Source: an uncultured Gammaproteobacteria bacterium
GTDB taxonomy: Bacteria; Patescibacteriota; Microgenomatia; CAZETR01; Amesbacteraceae
Length of the DNA: 64,000 nucleotides
Direction of reading: 5' to 3'
Assembly (NCBI GenBank): GCA_964518565.1
Contig: CAZFGX010000001.1
Coordinates: forward strand, 267,046 to 331,045
Part shown: piece after piece, positions 60,449 to 64,000 of the stretch
Layout: each line of letters starts with the position of its first letter
Position numbering within the stretch: position 1 is the first letter of the stretch
Notes under the pieces: model-generated
Databases searched by the model: none
Told to the model about the DNA's origin: nothing
What the model saw: only the letters and a program-made list of their open reading frames with translations
Translations under genes and position numbers: made by a program

Positions 60449-61372
60449 ATGCCCACAATAGCGTTGTACCTTGGAATACTACTTTTTTCGTTTCTTGTTA
60501 CGAGTATTGCCATCGTCCCGGCCATAGATTTGTTATATCGTATCCAATTTATTAAAAAGGAAGTTGGAACACCAGCCGGTGGAGGGGTGCTATTGTTAAT
60601 CATTGTCACTAGTTTATTTGCCTTACTCTTTCCACTGGCATCCAGGTTTGGTGTATATGTGACTTCACATTTTCCGATAAGGTATGAAATCAATAGCTTT
60701 TTTTTTACGTTTGTTTCTTTTGGGTTGCTCGGACTGTATGAAGACTTGCATCAAATATTAAAAATGCCCAAAGCCAATATTCCGTTTTGGCTACTTAAAA
60801 TAGTGCTTTCCTGTTGTTCGTCACTCTTTTTATTTTTTAGCTTACACATAAATATTGTAAATTTACCTGGTTTCGGTGTTGTTCACCTGGGTGCCTGGTT
60901 CATACCGTTAATGACTATGTTTATTTATATCTTTATTGAAGGATTCGAAGCTTTAAAAGATTTAAATGGATTAGCTGGAGGAATTTTGCTCATTGTTTTA
61001 CTGGCATTGTGGTCAATTTCTTTTGGATCTGTCGATACACCATTATCTATATTGATTGCTATATGGATTGGAACATTGATAGCATTTTTGTATTTCAATA
61101 TTTATCCAGCCCGTATACTGCTTGGATCTGCCGGTAGTCTAGCATTTGGAGCAACATTGCCGGTAACAGGAACCCTTATAGGACGACCAGTAGCAGTCGT
61201 AGTTATCGGCGGGCTATTTGTGTTAGCGGCGTTATACAAACTCATTGCCCCAAAAAAAACACCAATAATTTTCTTACAAAAAAATGGCTGGAGTGAACCA
61301 AAAATTGTCTTCAGATCCTGGATTGTTGCTATTGTATTGGCAATAGGAGGCTTGTGGTTAGGAGGAATATAA
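60449..61372 (+). CDS. mraY: MraY homologue with degenerate active site
   Basis: GTPAGGG, FLYFNIYPAR, GWSEPKIV.R and dcw position; DD, NxxDGxDG, GDxG and HHH motifs altered. Confidence 0.8.
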   Translation: MPTIALYLGILLFSFLVTSIAIVPAIDLLYRIQFIKKEVGTPAGGGVLLLIIVTSLFALLFPLASRFGVYVTSHFPIRYEINSFFFTFVSFGLLGLYEDLHQILKMPKANIPFWLLKIVLSCCSSLFLFFSLHINIVNLPGFGVVHLGAWFIPLMTMFIYIFIEGFEALKDLNGLAGGILLIVLLALWSISFGSVDTPLSILIAIWIGTLIAFLYFNIYPARILLGSAGSLAFGATLPVTGTLIGRPVAVVVIGGLFVLAALYKLIAPKKTPIIFLQKNGWSEPKIVFRSWIVAIVLAIGGLWLGGI

Positions 61373-62446
61373 GTGATGACTGGAAAAAGTACAGCCCAGT
61401 ATTTATTTGTTCTTACGGTAATTTTGACATTGTTTGGCGTACTAATGGTAGGAAACGCTTCTGTCGTAACCGCAGCAAAAACCTTTGGAGATAAATGGTA
61501 CTTCTTAAAACTTCAAGGGGGTTTAGCTATTTTTGGCATAGTTGGATGCCTTGTTGCAAGCAAAATTCCTCTAAAAAAACTAGAAAAATTTGCTACTCCT
61601 TTTTTCTTGATTTCTATCGCTTTGTTGCTATTAGTCTTAATTCCTGGAATTGGTACGAAAGTTTTAGGCGCGAGAAGATGGCTAAACTTTGGGCCATTGT
61701 CCTTTCAACCATCAGAAATTGCCAAATTGGCGACCTCAATATATTTAGCCAAGCTGTTTAAAACAAAACCGAGTTTTACACATCTGTGTGTTGTTCTTGG
61801 TTTACTGGGTTTCTTAATCATGGCGGAGCCTGATATGGGCACACTGCTAGTGCTGACCGGAATGAGCGTCGGTGTATATTTTGGGTCTGGAGGAAAAATA
61901 TCCAGACTTGCCATGGCGCTACCTATTGTGGCAATAATTGGTGTAGTCGTTATTATTTTGTCACCATATAGAGCCAGTAGAATAAAAACATATTTTGACA
62001 TTTCGCACGATCCTCTCGGTGCATCCTATCAAATAAGACAGGCATTAATCGGTCTAGGATCAGGTGGATTTACAGGAGTAGGTTTAGGTGAATCACGTCA
62101 AAAATTCGATTTTTTGCCTGAGGCGACCACTGATTCAATTTTTGCCGTAATTGGCGAGGAAACTGGTTTTATTGGCTCAGCATTATTACTATTTGCTTTT
62201 ATCACACTCGGTGCACTGTGTTTAAAAGTAACTCAGAAAACATCCGATCGGTTTTCTCAAAATTTAGGCGTAGCAATTAGCTGTTGGTTATTATTACAAG
62301 TTTTTATAAATATTTCGGCAATTCTAGCGTTGTTGCCTTTTACTGGTATACCTTTAACGTTTATATCTTATGGTCGAACTGCCTTGCTAAGTTCGCTATT
62401 TGCCATGGGTATTATGATTAATATAGCTAAATCGGAAAAATCATGA
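61373..62446 (+). CDS. ftsW: SEDS peptidoglycan polymerase FtsW
   Basis: GARRW, FQPSE.AK, EPDMG, LPEATTDSIFAVIGEE, TGIPL.FISYG. Confidence 0.95.
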   Translation: MMTGKSTAQYLFVLTVILTLFGVLMVGNASVVTAAKTFGDKWYFLKLQGGLAIFGIVGCLVASKIPLKKLEKFATPFFLISIALLLLVLIPGIGTKVLGARRWLNFGPLSFQPSEIAKLATSIYLAKLFKTKPSFTHLCVVLGLLGFLIMAEPDMGTLLVLTGMSVGVYFGSGGKISRLAMALPIVAIIGVVVIILSPYRASRIKTYFDISHDPLGASYQIRQALIGLGSGGFTGVGLGESRQKFDFLPEATTDSIFAVIGEETGFIGSALLLFAFITLGALCLKVTQKTSDRFSQNLGVAISCWLLLQVFINISAILALLPFTGIPLTFISYGRTALLSSLFAMGIMINIAKSEKS

Positions 62447-63525
62447 ATCAAAAATATAAAATAGTATTCACAGGTGGGCATCACACAAGTGCCTTGGTAG
62501 TAGCTCGGGCTTGTAAAGAAAAAGGATATGATGTTGTTTGGTTTGGACATAGACATAGTATGTGGGGCGATGTATCAGATTCTGCCGAGTATCTAGATGT
62601 CACTGCAGCAAAAATTGAGTTCCATAACCTAGTAGCTGGAAAGGGTTATCGAACGTACAATCCATATAAATTGCTTCGTGTTCCGTTGGGATTTTTTCAT
62701 GCTTGGCATTTGCTTAAAAAAATGAAGCCAGATTGTATCGTCTCTAGTGGTGGATATTTAGCAGTTCCTACAGTAATAATTGGATATATATTGGGCATAC
62801 CATCATTGACTCATGAGCAGACCGTGACCACTGGTTGGGCAGCAAAAATAGTCGAAGTATTTGCGAAAAAAATTGCTGTCTCATGGCCTGAAAGTTTAAA
62901 ATATCACAATCCAAAAAAAACAACTCTTACTGGCTTGCCATTGCGGCCTGAAATAATAAAAATAAAGAGTGGCAAGAAAAACGAAAATAAAAAGCCAGTC
63001 CTTTACATTACTGGCGGGAAACAAGGTTCTCATAGAATTAATCAAGAAATATTTAAAATAATTCCCAAACTTGAAAAAACCTTTAAAATCATTCATCAAA
63101 CAGGAACTTCAACAGTTGTAAAAGATTTCGAACAATCGAAGAAATTTCACTCAGATTCATACGAATCCTTTGGATATAGTTCAGAAAAAGCTATATTGGC
63201 ACTCACAAGCTCAGATATGATAATTTGTCGGTCGGGTGCACACATGTGTTATGAAATCGGCTATCTGGGAAAAAAAGCCATTCTTATCCCTTTAGCTTAC
63301 GCATCGCACAATGAGCAAAAAGAAAATGCTTTGGTGCTGCAAGAAGCAGGGCTTGCCACTATTATCGAGGAAAATGATCTGAGCGAAAAAACAATATTTC
63401 AAGCGATTAATGAAATAATTGGAAAAAGCGTTCAGCCACTGAATTTGCCCGAAGATGCTACAAAATCTATGGTTCATTTAATTGAACAAATATGCAAAGA
63501 TCACGTAAGTCAATCCACATACTAA
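62443..63525 (+). CDS. murG: MurG glycosyltransferase (GT28)
   Basis: TGGH, GGY..VP, HEQ, GLPLR, GGKQGS, RSGA, EQ..NA. Confidence 0.92.
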   Translation: MNQKYKIVFTGGHHTSALVVARACKEKGYDVVWFGHRHSMWGDVSDSAEYLDVTAAKIEFHNLVAGKGYRTYNPYKLLRVPLGFFHAWHLLKKMKPDCIVSSGGYLAVPTVIIGYILGIPSLTHEQTVTTGWAAKIVEVFAKKIAVSWPESLKYHNPKKTTLTGLPLRPEIIKIKSGKKNENKKPVLYITGGKQGSHRINQEIFKIIPKLEKTFKIIHQTGTSTVVKDFEQSKKFHSDSYESFGYSSEKAILALTSSDMIICRSGAHMCYEIGYLGKKAILIPLAYASHNEQKENALVLQEAGLATIIEENDLSEKTIFQAINEIIGKSVQPLNLPEDATKSMVHLIEQICKDHVSQSTY

Positions 63526-64000
63526 TATTATTAATCATAACGATTATTACGATATTTGGAATTTATCAGAACACAAAGATCGAAAATATCACTTGTGAAA
63601 CTCAATATGGTATATGTAGTGAAATATATACAAACAAACTTGTTTGGTTAAAAGGCATTTCGTTGTTCAAAAAAATTGATGAGCAAAAAATAACCAGCCA
63701 ACTAAAAGACTATAAAGAAATTCAAACTATAAAAATAAAAAAGCAGTGGCCAGATAAGGTGAATATTTCAATCAGTTTAAGAACAGTTGTAGGTGCAATT
63801 TCAAATTCATTAGATAGTAAACAGATAGGACTTATAGACAACGACGGAGTTGTCAGTTCGGTTGTAGAGAAAACCAATTTAGCCCAGCTTTTGATTCCAG
63901 AATGGCAGACATCTATAGGAAATGTCGCTCCAATTCATGTAAACTCCTCTAAAATTCTTCAACAAGTTCAAAATATACTTCATGAAGAAGTAATTGGTCG
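63492..64000 (+). CDS. ftsQ: FtsQ/DivIB-like protein, truncated by window end (not in ORF track)
   Basis: Hand translation MQRSRKSIHILILLIITIITIFGIY...KKQWPDKVNISI...IDNDGVV: TM plus POTRA-like motif; follows murG. Confidence 0.75.
   Translation, partial: MQRSRKSIHILILLIITIITIFGIYQNTKIENITCETQYGICSEIYTNKLVWLKGISLFKKIDEQKITSQLKDYKEIQTIKIKKQWPDKVNISISLRTVVGAISNSLDSKQIGLIDNDGVVSSVVEKTNLAQLLIPEWQTSIGNVAPIHVNSSKILQQVQNILHEEVIG

Noticed and set aside
501-63477. Many 60-150 aa opposite-strand or nested ORFs in the track
   Set aside because: They are shadows of well-supported genes and show no motifs
1-64000. Alternative genetic code (TGA=Gly), tRNA/rRNA, IS elements, prophage, T-box before glyQS
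   Set aside because: TGA terminates many conserved genes; intergenic gaps are too short for RNA genes; no transposase, integrase or phage motifs; glyQS appears leaderless

Overview
AT-rich, densely packed bacterial DNA in which TGA is used as a stop (many ATGA stop/start overlaps). Gene content and style (DUF4012-recO, dimeric glyQS, short RecO, TGGH-type MurG, minimal dcw cluster, few SD motifs) suggest a Patescibacteria/CPR, probably Microgenomates-like, genome; this is inference. About 51 kb (1-51106) is one giant surface-glycosylation locus. It holds about 20 GT2/GT4 enzymes, 8 polytopic GT-C-like proteins, 3 SAM methyltransferases, an O-acetyltransferase, a Wzx-like flippase, a Wzy/WaaL-like protein, an initiating phosphoglycosyl transferase, ManC, a GDP-mannose 3,5-epimerase-like enzyme and other nucleotide-sugar enzymes. 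It is followed by a DUF4012 protein, recO, two interposed unknown genes, glyQS and a dcw cluster (mraZ-rsmH-ftsL-ftsI-dgkA-mraY*-ftsW-murG-ftsQ). Most notable: (1) an intact MraY homologue that has lost its catalytic motifs, in a dcw cluster with no Mur ligases; (2) an RlmN-like radical SAM protein lacking both mechanistic cysteines, inside the glycan operon; (3) a TyvE/RfbE-like epimerase without the catalytic Tyr; (4) a GT4 cleanly split into two domain genes; (5) -10 boxes 5-7 nt before start codons, including 24-26 bp bidirectional promoters, pointing to leaderless mRNAs; (6) a stand-alone subtilase-propeptide-like gene; (7) a 56-aa membrane ORF missed by the ORF track. No RNA genes, CRISPR arrays or mobile elements were seen. 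All calls are by eye from motifs; no searches were run.
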